Below are positions 40,108-51,389 of a stretch of 64,000 nucleotides of DNA, in pieces. The notes beneath the pieces were generated by a model. The model was not told where the DNA came from, did no database searches, and saw only the letters and a program-made list of their open reading frames with translations. Both the position numbers and the translations under genes were made by a program. Every line of letters begins with the position of its first letter. Position 1 is the first letter of the stretch. This stretch comes from an uncultured cyanobacterium (lineage in GTDB: Bacteria; Cyanobacteriota; Cyanobacteriia; Cyanobacteriales; CAWCAG01): NCBI GenBank assembly GCA_963793425.1, contig CAWCAG010000009.1, forward strand, positions 320,001 through 384,000, read 5' to 3'.

Positions 40108-40767
40108 ATGATAGCTACTAGTTTTTTCGCCGATAAGTTGATCAGTAATTCTCCTATCCTAGCTCACCCAGATTGTTATCAAGGTGCTAAAATGGTAGCC
40201 AGTTGGCAAGTCACGACAGTCAATTGTGAGCTATTGCTTAGTAACTCCAAGGGAAAAGAAGAAAAATATATTTTTGTTCAACCTAGTATTTTTAAACAGT
40301 ATGCAGATGGGACAGCGAATTTATTAGGTTTAGTTGTTAATATAGATAACCCCAACAAGACCTGGAATCTTAATATTTGGTTCCAAACTAATGAACAAGA
40401 ATCTAGCTATTACTTGCCAGAAAAAGAGCAAAGTTACTCTTACCAAATTAATGAAAAACACCCAGTAATTTTCATTGGGGGAGGAGATTATTTAGGAGAA
40501 ATATTACATCTTTATGAAAATGGTTCTGGTTTAGAGCTTAGTTTAAGCCAGCAGAAAAACAGCTCAGAAATATCAATAGCAGGAAGTTTTGGTTGTATTG
40601 GTGTTGGGGACAATTGTAGCGTTGAAATTAAAGCTAACTTAGAAAAAGTTACTCATACTGCCAATAAAAATCATCCTCAAAAAAATTTACAAATTGCCCT
40701 TCCTAGGGTGAATAATACTAATTTGTTGAATTTCGATTCTTCTACTTGTCCGCTTATGAGTGCTTAG
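40108..40767 (+). CDS. Hypothetical protein
   Basis: 219-aa ORF with no recognised motif. Confidence 0.55.
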   Translation: MIATSFFADKLISNSPILAHPDCYQGAKMVASWQVTTVNCELLLSNSKGKEEKYIFVQPSIFKQYADGTANLLGLVVNIDNPNKTWNLNIWFQTNEQESSYYLPEKEQSYSYQINEKHPVIFIGGGDYLGEILHLYENGSGLELSLSQQKNSSEISIAGSFGCIGVGDNCSVEIKANLEKVTHTANKNHPQKNLQIALPRVNNTNLLNFDSSTCPLMSA

Positions 40768-40800
40768 GGAGATGGGGAGCTGGGGAGTTAGGGAGCTAGG

Positions 40801-40828
40801 GTTCGCGTAAGCGTTGTCGTTAGACTAC
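40801..40828 (+). repeat. Very small dispersed repeat (SDR-like) inserted in a (GGGAGCTA)n tract
   Basis: GTTCGCGTAAGCGTTGTCGTTAGACTAC; related to 33394-33420. Confidence 0.7.
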
Positions 40829-40948
40829 TAGGGAGCTAGGGAGTGATAAATGTTTAATGATCAATGTTTTGCAACTTCTGCCTTGATTATCTCGTCAAAG
40901 TGATTAAATTGAACAGTTCTTAAACTCTATTTGGGGACTTATAGCTTA

Positions 40949-42361
40949 ATGTTCTATCTTAAACAAAAAACCTGCGGACTTTTCTTCTTCCTTTTCTTGG
41001 CACTTACTTTAATACCTACTAAACCAGCCAATGCCTGCTCTCCAGCCCCGGATAGCCGCCCTTCTAGCTTACTGGAAAAAGGGCAAAGAAGCCAGTATGT
41101 TTTTGCAGGAATTGTCACTGAAGTAGAGGGGAATTCCGTTGTTGTTCAAGTTAACGAATATTTTAAAGGTCAAGGCCCAAAAACTGTTACCTTAACCGGA
41201 TTTAATCAAACTTCCTGTGATGACTTCCTCTCAACAGGAGAACGCCGCCTCTTTTTTGGTGAAGATAGTGGTCGAGAAAGTTGGCAGGCAGTGTATGATG
41301 GTGCTTTCGGTTCTACAGAAACTTGGTCAGAACAAGTTGAATTTCAAGTAGAGGAGATAGACTGGCAAGCCGTATCTTCCCCCAACAATTTACCTTTGTC
41401 AGTGGCTGAAGCAGTTAAGAATCAAGCTAATCAAGATTTTGGCTTTGGTAATAGTAAGATAGAAATAACCTCAGCTCAAAAGCGTACTTGGTCTAACGGT
41501 TGCTTAGGTATTGCTTTCCCGGATCTCGGTTGTACAGAAGCTTTAGTAGAAGGGTGGTTAGTTGAAGCAACTAGAGGCGATCGCAATTTAAGATATCGTA
41601 CTGACAATATAGGTAAGACAGTTTATTTAGAAAATGGCAGACAAATTCTCCCAAATTCTGTGCAAGAAGCTATTTTAAATCAAGCTTTACCCCTGTTACC
41701 AGTTAACCCTAATAAGATGAAGCTAACTCAAGCCTTCCCTCGTATCTGGGATGGTTGCTTAGGTATTTATCCAGAAAAAAATACCCCTTGTACCAAAATT
41801 GCTATTGCTGGTTGGCAGGTTATTTTTGAAGAAGAAGGAGGAGAAGGAGAAAAGCGTTGGGTTTTCCATAGCAATCAAGATGGTTCCCAACTTAAAATCA
41901 ACCTAGCTGCTAGCTATCTTGGCAACTTAATTTTAACTCAACCTGTACCTCAACCTCAACCTGTACCCATCTCCTCAAACAACTTACCCCAAGGTGCAAT
42001 CTTCCGTGCCATCTCCTCTGGGGGGTTTGCTGGTACAACCACAGAAGTTACTTTATGGAGAAATGGTCGTGTTGTCACCAAAAACCTTACTCCTAATAAT
42101 AGAGCTTTGCTGCCTAAAGTTAGTCGAGTAAAAAGGAAACAAGTTCAAGAATTTCAACAACTACTCACACAGCAAGAATTCTCTAGCTACAACGATCGCA
42201 ACTTCCCTCCACCAGAAGGGGCTGCGGACTTTTTTGGTATTACTCTTATTAGCCAAGATAGCTCTCTGACTTACACCGATATCAATACCAATGAGTTACC
42301 TGAACCTTTACAAACGGCGATCGCAGCTTGGCAAGATTTATTAGCTACGGCGAAGGAATAA
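40949..42361 (+). CDS. Secreted multidomain protein (TIMP/NTR-like N-terminus, two W.DGCLG..C repeats, SGGFAG domain)
   Basis: Signal peptide ending ANA|CSP; repeats TWSNGCLG..CTEALVEGW and IWDGCLG..CTKIAIAGW. Confidence 0.65.
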   Translation: MFYLKQKTCGLFFFLFLALTLIPTKPANACSPAPDSRPSSLLEKGQRSQYVFAGIVTEVEGNSVVVQVNEYFKGQGPKTVTLTGFNQTSCDDFLSTGERRLFFGEDSGRESWQAVYDGAFGSTETWSEQVEFQVEEIDWQAVSSPNNLPLSVAEAVKNQANQDFGFGNSKIEITSAQKRTWSNGCLGIAFPDLGCTEALVEGWLVEATRGDRNLRYRTDNIGKTVYLENGRQILPNSVQEAILNQALPLLPVNPNKMKLTQAFPRIWDGCLGIYPEKNTPCTKIAIAGWQVIFEEEGGEGEKRWVFHSNQDGSQLKINLAASYLGNLILTQPVPQPQPVPISSNNLPQGAIFRAISSGGFAGTTTEVTLWRNGRVVTKNLTPNNRALLPKVSRVKRKQVQEFQQLLTQQEFSSYNDRNFPPPEGAADFFGITLISQDSSLTYTDINTNELPEPLQTAIAAWQDLLATAKE

Positions 42362-44141
42362 CTAACTTAAGATAACAATCGTAATCTTGTTGTTCGTAAC
42401 AAACAAAAGTTACTTGAGTAAGAGTAGGATTAAGAGAAGAGTTTCTTGCTAAAAAGTTCACCACCGCATCTACAGCAATTTTGGCAGCTTTAGCTTTCGG
42501 AAAACCTCCACCTCCTGTCCCTAGGCAAGGAAAAGCGATAGTTGCTATGTTGTGTTGCTCTGCCAACTTTAAGCAACTCTCATAACACTTGGCTAAATTC
42601 ATTTCTTCATCTTGCCCTCCTCCTTGCCAAATAGGGGCAACAACATGGATAATCCACTGGGCAGGTAAATTATAACCGGGAGTGATTTTTGCTTCCCCAA
42701 CTTTACCCTCACCCAACTTCTTCATCTCCACCTGCAAAGCTTTTCCCCCAGATTGTTTAATCACAGCATCAACAGCACCGCCACAAAAATAACGATCAGT
42801 AGGATTAACCACCGCATCTACCTTTTGCTTAGTAATATCTCCTTTAATCACTCTCCAGCGATCGCTCTTTGTTTGAGCATTGCGGCGAGTATAATAATCT
42901 CCGTGGGCAAATTGAGCGCTACTGGCCCTAACTTGATGGGATTCATAACTAGCTCGTTTGCGATATTTTTTGAGTTGACGGTTTTGCAAATTCTGCTCTA
43001 AATCAGCGCAGGATTGGGCTTCTTGAGCTAAAAGAGGGGATGCCGGAGCTTTTAGTAATTCCCCTCGACTCTTTTGCAGGAGTTGGCTTGCCCCTTCATA
43101 GTCCCCTTGATCTACTTTCTGAACCGCCTCTTCTTTGGCCCTTGCAGACATCATCATGGCCACCTGTTGCTGCACTTCAGTGTTGAAGGGATATTCTTTT
43201 AATTGAGCAGAATTAACCACAGAAAGCTGCAAAGCCACTTTCAGTTTTTGTCTTTGTTCTTCTAAGTCATCCCAACCAAGGCGGAAACTGCAAAGGGTTT
43301 GTGCTTCTGTTTGAGGAGGTATTGTTAAGCGTACTACTGTGATAAAAGGATTGCCTTTAATGAGGTTAGGCAACTTATACTTACCTTTACGAGTTACCGC
43401 AAAATCATTCAAAACATCAGCCACCTGTACCCCTGCTTGGGGTTCAATAGCTAAACGTACTCGACGACCAAATGTTCCTACTAAACCTTGCATTTCCATC
43501 TCAAATATGGCTGGCAGTTGCTCAGGAGATTCGATGTAATGATAGTTCCCATCCCCACTCTGGGCCATGGTTTGCAGCAAGTCTTCGTTATAACTCAGAC
43601 CCACTCCCATTGTAGAAGTGCTAATACCCCGCTTAGCTAAACCCTCAACGTCACTAGCAATAACATCTGGGTTGGTTTCCCCCCGATTTGCTAGTCCGTC
43701 AGAAAGGAGAATAACCCGATTTAACTGTTCTTGTTGCTGGAGATGTTGACCAACTTGCATTCCTCCCTCTACCCAACCAGCATGAAGGGCTGTGGCACTG
43801 CGGGGTTGAATTTTTTGAATTTGAGCCAGTAAATAAGCTTTATCTGCTGCGAGGGTACTGGCTACTAAGGTTTCCACCCTGTCATCATAAATAGTGATAC
43901 TAACCCGATCGGTAGCTAAAAGCTGCTCTACAGCATAGCAAGCAGCTTGACGAGCATAGGTAATCTTTTCTCCTTCCATAGAACCAGAACGGTCTATAAC
44001 CAAGCCTAGGTTTAAGTTTGGTCGTTGCAAGTGTAGATCCGGTTCAGGAGGCATGATTTTCACCACTAAATCTAGAGTGGTGGTAGTTTCGCTACTAACG
44101 GCATTACGTAGGGGAATTAATTCTATTTTAGGTCTGTTCAT
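42345..44141 (-). CDS. vWA domain - macrodomain fusion protein
   Basis: MIDAS DRSGSM, LLSDGLAN; C-terminal macro IKGDIT..VDAVVN, IIHVVAP, FPCLGTGGGGF. Confidence 0.9.
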   Translation of the reverse strand: MNRPKIELIPLRNAVSSETTTTLDLVVKIMPPEPDLHLQRPNLNLGLVIDRSGSMEGEKITYARQAACYAVEQLLATDRVSITIYDDRVETLVASTLAADKAYLLAQIQKIQPRSATALHAGWVEGGMQVGQHLQQQEQLNRVILLSDGLANRGETNPDVIASDVEGLAKRGISTSTMGVGLSYNEDLLQTMAQSGDGNYHYIESPEQLPAIFEMEMQGLVGTFGRRVRLAIEPQAGVQVADVLNDFAVTRKGKYKLPNLIKGNPFITVVRLTIPPQTEAQTLCSFRLGWDDLEEQRQKLKVALQLSVVNSAQLKEYPFNTEVQQQVAMMMSARAKEEAVQKVDQGDYEGASQLLQKSRGELLKAPASPLLAQEAQSCADLEQNLQNRQLKKYRKRASYESHQVRASSAQFAHGDYYTRRNAQTKSDRWRVIKGDITKQKVDAVVNPTDRYFCGGAVDAVIKQSGGKALQVEMKKLGEGKVGEAKITPGYNLPAQWIIHVVAPIWQGGGQDEEMNLAKCYESCLKLAEQHNIATIAFPCLGTGGGGFPKAKAAKIAVDAVVNFLARNSSLNPTLTQVTFVCYEQQDYDCYLKLVIPSP

Positions 44142-44144
44142 GGC

Positions 44145-44744
44145 TTATAAGGTCTTTAATTTTTGGGCTATATACTGCAAAAGGTTTTCTTGTTCTTGGA
44201 GGCTATGGGGATAGGCAAAGTCTTCCCGCAAATGGATTTCCAAACCAGGTACGATTTCTAAACGAGTCCATTTGAGATCAGTAGTCCCGAAACCTGAAGG
44301 AGACTTTTTGGTGGCTACTTTCGGTGTCTTACTAAGAGGTTGGCGTTGTTTGATTTCTTGGAGAAAGCCCAAGGCTGGGTTAGCTGCGGTAACGGTAAGT
44401 TGTATGCCTCCTTGAAGTAGTGCTTCTAAGTCTGAGTTATCCTTGGTCTTGGGCAGGTTTTGAATGGCACTAGCCCCATATCCTTCTGCTAAAAGCCTCC
44501 GTACCACTAACATTTGTAAAAGATGGCGGTAGGTATAAATGGCATAGCGGCCCTCTTTTTGAGGATCATCAACCATTCCTTGGCTAGTGTAATGACGCAC
44601 TAAGCGGGGAGTGATTGTCTCTCGCACTTTGGTATGGGATCTTTGTACAGGCAAGAATTGGGGTAGTAGGTTGTTGAGAACCTCGACAAATTCTGATAAT
44701 GACCAATGAGGTTTACTTTGAGCTAATTTATTTAGTGATTCCAT
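44145..44744 (-). CDS. MerR-like HTH regulator
   Basis: TPRLVRHYTSQGMVDDP..EGRYAIY..RHLLQ; W.RLEIVPGLEIH tail. Confidence 0.82.
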   Translation of the reverse strand: MESLNKLAQSKPHWSLSEFVEVLNNLLPQFLPVQRSHTKVRETITPRLVRHYTSQGMVDDPQKEGRYAIYTYRHLLQMLVVRRLLAEGYGASAIQNLPKTKDNSDLEALLQGGIQLTVTAANPALGFLQEIKQRQPLSKTPKVATKKSPSGFGTTDLKWTRLEIVPGLEIHLREDFAYPHSLQEQENLLQYIAQKLKTL

Positions 44745-44967
44745 AATAACAAGTATATAAGACAATGACAACTGCAACTGTTATTGATTTTTGTATTGGG
44801 ATCTCTATTTATCCATAAGCTCAAATCTTTCCGAGAAAGCCCTGTTCCTTAATAAACAATTCATTCTTGAGACAGAATTATAAGTTCTCTACTTTGACCC
44901 CTCAGCCAGAAGAGAAAACCCCTTAAGCCTCTTAGGATTAAAGAAGCTAATATCAGGAGATTAAAAC

Positions 44968-45513
44968 ATGGCTCAAGCGTTGCAAGGTAAAAAAATTGCC
45001 ATCTTAGTAGAAAGTGGTTTTGAACAGGTAGAAATGACCAAACCTCGGCAGGCCCTTGATGAAGCTGGCGCTCAAACTGAATTAATTTCCCCTCAAAACG
45101 AGAAAGTACAAGGGTGGAATCATTTTGACAAAGGTGATACATTTCCTGTTGATGTGCAGCTAGATAGTGCTAACCCCACCAGCTATGACGGACTCTTACT
45201 GCCTGGAGGTGTTGCTAACCCCGATCAACTACGTACTAATGACAAAGCTATACAGTTTATTGCTGCTTTTTTTGCTGCCAATAAACCCGTGGCAGCTATT
45301 TGCCATGGCCCTTGGACTCTCATTGAAGCAGGGGTAGTTAAAGGGCGTACAGTGACTTCCTGGCCATCCCTGAAAACAGACCTGAAAAATGCCGGGGCTA
45401 TTTGGGCTGATAGAGAAGTTGTGGTAGATAGAGGTTTAATTACTAGCCGCAACCCTGATGATATTCCTGCTTTTACGGAAAAGATGATTGAGATGTTATC
45501 AACGGAGCAGTAA
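44968..45513 (+). CDS. PfpI/DJ-1 family type 1 glutamine amidotransferase-like protein
   Basis: GFEQVE, LPGGVANPD, AICHGPW, TSRNPDD. Confidence 0.93.
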   Translation: MAQALQGKKIAILVESGFEQVEMTKPRQALDEAGAQTELISPQNEKVQGWNHFDKGDTFPVDVQLDSANPTSYDGLLLPGGVANPDQLRTNDKAIQFIAAFFAANKPVAAICHGPWTLIEAGVVKGRTVTSWPSLKTDLKNAGAIWADREVVVDRGLITSRNPDDIPAFTEKMIEMLSTEQ

Positions 45514-45515
45514 CT

Positions 45516-46490
45516 TTAGCTTAAACCGCAAGGTACTTTTGCCAATGCTTCTTCAATCACCAAAGAATCTGCATCAGGTAAATATACATTTTCGCTAATG
45601 TGACGTTTCCAAGCTTTAGAGCCGGGTTGTCCAGAAAATAGTTGTAGTATGTGGCGGCTAATGGAATTTAACCTTAGACCTTTCCCCAACCAATAATCAA
45701 TATAAGGAAGCATTTTCGCAACAACTTCATGGCGAGTTAAAGTTGCTGTGGCATCGCCATAAATTTCTTGATCTACAGTAGCAAAAAGATAAGGATGATC
45801 ATAAGCTGCCCTGCCCACCATGACCCCATCAACATATTGATACTGTTGCTTAATTTGTTCTAAGCTAGTTATGCCGCCATTTATTTCAATGCAAAGTTGC
45901 GAAAAGTCTTCCTTGAGGCGATAAACATCTTCATATCGCAAAGGGGGAATGTGGCGATTTTCTTTCGGACTCAAGCCCTTTAACCAAGCTTTCCTCGCAT
46001 GGACGGTGAAGCGTTGACAACCCGCTGCTGCAACAATTTTAACAAAGTCGGCCATGTCTTCATACCTATCTTGGTCATCAATACCAATGCGATGTTTAAC
46101 AGTAACAGGTAAAGATGTTGCCTGTTGCATTGCGGCTACTGCACGGGCAACTTTTTCTGGTTGTGCCATCAAACAAGCCCCAAAGTTGCCATTTTGCACA
46201 CGACTACTTGGACAACCCACATTAAGATTAATTTCATCATAACCCCAATCTTCAGCAATGCGAGTACATTCTGCTAACTCCTGGGGATTGTCACCACCAA
46301 TTTGCAAAGATAGCGGTTTTTCTTCTAAGGAAAAATCCAATAATTTATGGCGATCGCCCCGTAAGATAGCGGGGGAGGTGATCATTTCTGTATAAAGTAA
46401 GCTATGCCTTGTAATGGTACGCATAAAGTAGCGAAAATGCCGATCTGTGCGATCCATCATTGGTGCAATACTAAGAGGATTAAAAAGCAT
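45516..46490 (-). CDS. dusA: tRNA-dihydrouridine synthase A
   Basis: APMMDRTDRHFR, NLNVGCPS, VHARKAWL.GLSPKEN, MVGRAAY. Confidence 0.93.
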   Translation of the reverse strand: MLFNPLSIAPMMDRTDRHFRYFMRTITRHSLLYTEMITSPAILRGDRHKLLDFSLEEKPLSLQIGGDNPQELAECTRIAEDWGYDEINLNVGCPSSRVQNGNFGACLMAQPEKVARAVAAMQQATSLPVTVKHRIGIDDQDRYEDMADFVKIVAAAGCQRFTVHARKAWLKGLSPKENRHIPPLRYEDVYRLKEDFSQLCIEINGGITSLEQIKQQYQYVDGVMVGRAAYDHPYLFATVDQEIYGDATATLTRHEVVAKMLPYIDYWLGKGLRLNSISRHILQLFSGQPGSKAWKRHISENVYLPDADSLVIEEALAKVPCGLS

Positions 46491-46499
46491 TTTCAATGA

Positions 46500-49400
46500 T
46501 CAATTAGCCTCCTTGAGCTTAACTAAAACATCCTGCAAAGCTAATTTTACCTCTTTATACTCTTGCTGTAGTTGAGAATTAACTTCTTGAGAATGAGAAA
46601 GAGAATTTTTACGTCCCATCATTTCTAAATCTTGACATAATTGAGAAAGCTTCAGCGCTCCTAATGTAGCACTGCTAGACTTTAGTAAGTGAGCAGCATT
46701 TTCTAAGGCAGTTGCTTCTTGTTGCTTAACAGCTTGTTCAATATATTCTACTTGTTCGGTCGCTTCTTCGAGATAGGTTTCCACTAATTCTAAGCATTCT
46801 TGAGTATCACAATCAAGAGCTTCAAAAGTATCTTGAAGTTGTTTAAGATTAATAGCACATGACAACTTCTGTGCTGATACTTTACTATCGCTATTTTTTG
46901 GTTGAACTTCTAAAGGTGGGCATTCTTGAATAACCTTAACCAAGTCTTCTAACCTAATCGGTTTGCTGAGATAATTATCCATCCCCGCCGCTAAACATCT
47001 TTCTCTATCTCCTTGCATGGCATTAGCTGTCATAGCTACAATGTAAGGACGACAATTAGATTCTATTTCTTGACAAATAATTTGCGTTGCCCTTAAGCCA
47101 TCCATTTCTGGCATATGAACATCCATGAAAATTAGATCATAACTTTGCTTTTTCAACGCTGCTATTACTTCGATACCATTAACAACTACATCCGCTTGAT
47201 AGCCCATCTTTTCTAAAATAGTTAGAGCCAGCTTTTGATTAACTAAATTGTCTTCTGCTAGGAGAATATTAAGAGGATGTTGACTAGCTAATTCGCTGTC
47301 GATGGTAATTGTTTCAGGGCGAGGTTGGCTTATCTTCGTTACCTGCCCCCCCAGAATTTTTGCTAAAATATTATACAATTGAGATTGCTTAATAGGCTTA
47401 TTTAAACAGGCAGCAAAATTGGCTTTTTGAGATTCAGCAACTATTTCTGGCTTGCCGATGGAGGTTAACATTACCAAAGGTAAATGGTAATTGAGGGGGA
47501 GGTTGTGGATTTTTCTACCTAGAGTTAAACCATCCATAGCTGGCATTTGCATATCTAAAATAGCCAGATTGAAAGTTTCTCCTTTTTGCAATAATTCTAA
47601 GGCTTTTTGCCCTGATGATGCAGCACGAGAACTCATGCCCCAAGATTGAGCTTGCATAGTCAGGATTTTACGGTTAGTGGCATTGTCATCCACAATTAAG
47701 AGGTGCTTGCCTGCCATTTGGGAACGATCCGCAACTAAGTCAGGGGAATTATAATTAATAACTTCCCTTGTCATCATGGTAAAGAAGAAAGTGGAACCTT
47801 TACCCGCTTCGCTTTCTAGCCACATTTTACCCCCCATCATTTCACAAAGCTGGCGGCAGATAGCTAAACCTAATCCTGTACCACCATATTCGCGGGTGGT
47901 GGAAGAGTCTACCTGACTGAAAGGTTCAAAAAGACAGTTTTTACGCTCTTGGGGAATGCCAATACCTGTATCCTTAACGGCAAAACGGATCTCTGTGGCT
48001 TGGCTATCTGATTTGTAAGCCTCTACAAAAACAATCACTTCTCCTGTAGAAGTGAATTTAATAGCATTGCTGAGTAAGTTGACTAAGATCTGCCGCAACC
48101 GAGTAGTGTCTCCCAGAATAGTTTGGGGGGTATGGGGAGCAATTTGATAAGCTAATTCCAATTGCTTCTGGGCAGCTTTGGCAGCTAGTAAGTCAAGGGA
48201 TTCTTCAATGCAAGTCCTTAATTCAAAAGGATGCTGTTCTAATTCTAGCTTGCCAGATTCAATTTTGGAAAAGTCGAGGATGTCATTAATAATGGTGAGG
48301 AGGGTATTGCCACTATTGCAGATTGTTTCTACAAAGTCTCTTTGTTGCCAAGAAAGTTCTGTATCTGCTAGCAAATCTGTCATGCCAATCACGGCATTCA
48401 TGGGGGTACGTATTTCATGACTCATGGTGGCTAGAAATTCACCTTTAGCTATGGTTCCTGCTAAAGCTTCATCCCTTGCTTGTGCTAACTCTGCGGCTGC
48501 TTGTAAACGCTCAATTTCTCCCCCAATCCACTGAGCCATTAGCCTTAATAGTTCTCTATCTAAGGCTTTGAAAGGTTTAATGTGGGGGTTGACACTACTA
48601 AAACTGAGAGTACCGTAGATTTGCTCTCCTACAAACACAGGCACTCCCATATAAGCTTCTAGCTTAAAAGCTTGATAACAGGAGTGTTCTCTCCAAGCAG
48701 AGTTACTAGCACAATTAAATGAGATGGGTTTTGCGGCTGCAATAGTTTCTTGGCAATAGGTTTGCTTTAAGTTGAGAACAGTTCCTTGAATATTAACTTG
48801 GTTAGGTAATTGGGCTGCAACTATCTCATAACACTCTCCTTGAACATGAGACAAAATCCCTAAACCCAAGCCAAATTCTCGGCAACCAAAAGCCAAGAGT
48901 TTGCAGAGAGTTTGCCCAAAGTCAGCTTGCCGACAGGCGGTAATGTCGTATAAGGTACGGATAGCAGCTTCGCTAGCTCTTAACTCCTGCTCTACCTGCT
49001 TTTGCCCGGTAATATCAAAAATAACTCCATCCAAGTAAACTTTCTGGGTATTTTCTTCCCGATTTGCTTGCCCTTTCTCATAAACCCAACAAATACTACC
49101 ATCTGCCCTAACTAAGCGATATTCTAAGATAAAAGGCTTTTTCGCCTCAATGCTACTCTCGATTTTTCTTTTAACTTGAGCAATGTCTTCAGGATGGATA
49201 ATACTATCAAAGCTACGTATGTGGTTATTAATAAAATCAGAGCTAGGATAACCAGAAAGAGAAGCAATTTCCTGGCTAATATAAACCATTGTCCAATCTT
49301 GATCCCAAAAACAACGATAAATAGCTCCAGGAAGATTGTCTACTAAGGAATGAAATCTAGCATCCCTATTTTTTAAAGAAACTAAAGCCTGCTTTCTGGT

Positions 49401-49868
49401 GGTAATATCTTCGACAAACCCTTCATAGTAAATGATGTTTCCTGTTTCATTTTTGATCGCGCGGGTATGTTCACAAATCCAAATAATGCTACCATCTCGG
49501 CGATAAACTTGAGATTCAAACTGAGAAACCATCCCCTCTTTAGCCATAATCTGGAGAAATTCTTCCCGTCGCTGAGGAGAAACATAAAGACATTTGGCAA
49601 TATCTGTAAGCTGAGCAATTAATTCTTCTGGAGAATCGTAACCATAAATGTTAGCCAAAGTTTGATTAACTTTCAGGTATTTTCCTGATCTGGTAGTTTG
49701 GAAAATACCAACGACAGTATTGTTGAAAATGCTACTATACTTTCTCTCTTTGTCTTGGAGGGCGGCTTCTGCTTGTTCGCATCTTGCTGTCAACTCCGCT
49801 AATTTTTCGTTAGCTGAGGTGAGTTGGAGTTTTTGCTGGGCGACTAACTTTTGTAGTTTGTTACTCAT
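46500..49868 (-). CDS. Hybrid histidine kinase (PAS-PAS-GAF-HisKA-HATPase-REC-REC-Hpt)
   Basis: [17 protein letters not shown], two receivers, AHLLKSSS Hpt. Confidence 0.95.
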   Translation of the reverse strand: MSNKLQKLVAQQKLQLTSANEKLAELTARCEQAEAALQDKERKYSSIFNNTVVGIFQTTRSGKYLKVNQTLANIYGYDSPEELIAQLTDIAKCLYVSPQRREEFLQIMAKEGMVSQFESQVYRRDGSIIWICEHTRAIKNETGNIIYYEGFVEDITTRKQALVSLKNRDARFHSLVDNLPGAIYRCFWDQDWTMVYISQEIASLSGYPSSDFINNHIRSFDSIIHPEDIAQVKRKIESSIEAKKPFILEYRLVRADGSICWVYEKGQANREENTQKVYLDGVIFDITGQKQVEQELRASEAAIRTLYDITACRQADFGQTLCKLLAFGCREFGLGLGILSHVQGECYEIVAAQLPNQVNIQGTVLNLKQTYCQETIAAAKPISFNCASNSAWREHSCYQAFKLEAYMGVPVFVGEQIYGTLSFSSVNPHIKPFKALDRELLRLMAQWIGGEIERLQAAAELAQARDEALAGTIAKGEFLATMSHEIRTPMNAVIGMTDLLADTELSWQQRDFVETICNSGNTLLTIINDILDFSKIESGKLELEQHPFELRTCIEESLDLLAAKAAQKQLELAYQIAPHTPQTILGDTTRLRQILVNLLSNAIKFTSTGEVIVFVEAYKSDSQATEIRFAVKDTGIGIPQERKNCLFEPFSQVDSSTTREYGGTGLGLAICRQLCEMMGGKMWLESEAGKGSTFFFTMMTREVINYNSPDLVADRSQMAGKHLLIVDDNATNRKILTMQAQSWGMSSRAASSGQKALELLQKGETFNLAILDMQMPAMDGLTLGRKIHNLPLNYHLPLVMLTSIGKPEIVAESQKANFAACLNKPIKQSQLYNILAKILGGQVTKISQPRPETITIDSELASQHPLNILLAEDNLVNQKLALTILEKMGYQADVVVNGIEVIAALKKQSYDLIFMDVHMPEMDGLRATQIICQEIESNCRPYIVAMTANAMQGDRERCLAAGMDNYLSKPIRLEDLVKVIQECPPLEVQPKNSDSKVSAQKLSCAINLKQLQDTFEALDCDTQECLELVETYLEEATEQVEYIEQAVKQQEATALENAAHLLKSSSATLGALKLSQLCQDLEMMGRKNSLSHSQEVNSQLQQEYKEVKLALQDVLVKLKEAN

Positions 49869-49942
49869 TATCTAGAACAGAAGAGCCTTGCTTGAGGAGT
49901 CATCTTTTGTTGGTTATAACTTAGATTACTATAAATTAACCA

Positions 49943-50800
49943 CTAAACTGAGCCATTCTGATGATCAGCTTTTTTGAGGTTTTTTCCTTCTAATAAATCT
50001 ACCAATAATAAACTTCTTCTCTCTTTCTTACGTTCTTCTATACGTTGACGCAAAGAATTTTCTTGCTTTTGTTTTTCGTGAGAAGCCACCCAAGATAAAG
50101 TGATAGAAAGGGCAACTAAACTAAAAAACATAGCGATAAACACTTCTGCCATAACTACAGTTTTGGCTAATAAAGAAACAGGGTGAATATCTCCGTAACC
50201 GACGGTAGAAAAAGTAATTACCGAAAAATAAATTGAGAGCAAACCATCTTTTAATCCCCAAAAATGTTCTGGGTTAGAACGAAACATTTCTGCATAGAGA
50301 CTAGAGAAACCAACAATAACAGTTAAAAAGCCGAGGAATAAAAACAGCAGCAAGAAATGTAATTGGTTGATGGAAGGAATAAATTGATATTCAAAAAGCT
50401 TTTTACCATCTTGTTGTAATTCGCATTCCAATTCTGAACCTGCACCAACAATAAGTTCAGTGACAATTAAAATCACTAAAGTTAAGCCGCAAATAATGCT
50501 GAGACTTGAGGTGATTAAATCAGGCCAAGAAAAGCTATTTTGCGAGAAAACAGGTACAAAAGTGATGCGGAGACAACAGAGTAAAATAATACCGGCCACA
50601 ATTGTTAAAGACTTGCGGGATAAAATTAGTTTGCTATAGCGGCTACTCTGTTGACAAGCAATTAATTGTGGTTCTTGCTTATCTGTTAAAGAAGAATTTT
50701 CTAACCTTTCTAAAAGCAAATATTCAAGTATCTGACTTAATTGATCTTCATCTATTAAATCTTGAAGCTTCTTTTTGGCAGCTTGGTCTTGGTTATTCAT
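49943..50800 (-). CDS. Potassium channel (Ion_trans_2) domain protein
   Basis: YFSVITFSTVGYGDIHP selectivity filter. Confidence 0.85.
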   Translation of the reverse strand: MNNQDQAAKKKLQDLIDEDQLSQILEYLLLERLENSSLTDKQEPQLIACQQSSRYSKLILSRKSLTIVAGIILLCCLRITFVPVFSQNSFSWPDLITSSLSIICGLTLVILIVTELIVGAGSELECELQQDGKKLFEYQFIPSINQLHFLLLFLFLGFLTVIVGFSSLYAEMFRSNPEHFWGLKDGLLSIYFSVITFSTVGYGDIHPVSLLAKTVVMAEVFIAMFFSLVALSITLSWVASHEKQKQENSLRQRIEERKKERRSLLLVDLLEGKNLKKADHQNGSV

Positions 50801-50892
50801 GTCTATAAAATGAAATATAAAAATTGTTTAAATTGTATTAATTTAATGATAAAATAAAACAAACTATTAATAGTAATATAGACTACCGTAAA

Positions 50893-51342
50893 GTGGTGAC
50901 CAATCAAACAAACTCCTTGCCCCAAGGCCCTGGGATTGCTCTTTCCTTCCTTTATTATTTTTCTACCAGCACAATGATTGTGGCCTTTTTTTGCTCCCAA
51001 AGTCTTGGTACAGGTATGTTTTCTCCCCTTCCTTATCGCTACGGCATGATTGTTGGTGTTTTAACAGGAACTATAGGGGCTTATTTAAACCGTAGCAAAA
51101 CCATTTCTACCTCATTTAAAAAGAGCCGCGCCAAGCAAGAATTCAGTGAAAAGCTGCAACGAGCTTTGGTAGAAATGGGATTTGAAGTCAAGTCTCAAGA
51201 AGAAGACTATGCCATTTATGGTAAATCTTCTTTGGCATCACTCTTTGCCGGAAAAATATTCATCCAAATCGATAAAAAAGAAGCTACAATCCTCGGTAGA
51301 GCTACAGACTTAAAGAAATTGAGTAAAAAGTTAGATGTTTAA
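50893..51342 (+). CDS. Hypothetical membrane protein
   Basis: Two hydrophobic segments; 149 aa. Confidence 0.6.
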   Translation: MVTNQTNSLPQGPGIALSFLYYFSTSTMIVAFFCSQSLGTGMFSPLPYRYGMIVGVLTGTIGAYLNRSKTISTSFKKSRAKQEFSEKLQRALVEMGFEVKSQEEDYAIYGKSSLASLFAGKIFIQIDKKEATILGRATDLKKLSKKLDV

Positions 51343-51389
51343 AGTTGATAGTCAATAGGGAACAGCTAATAGAAGATATCACAAAACAA

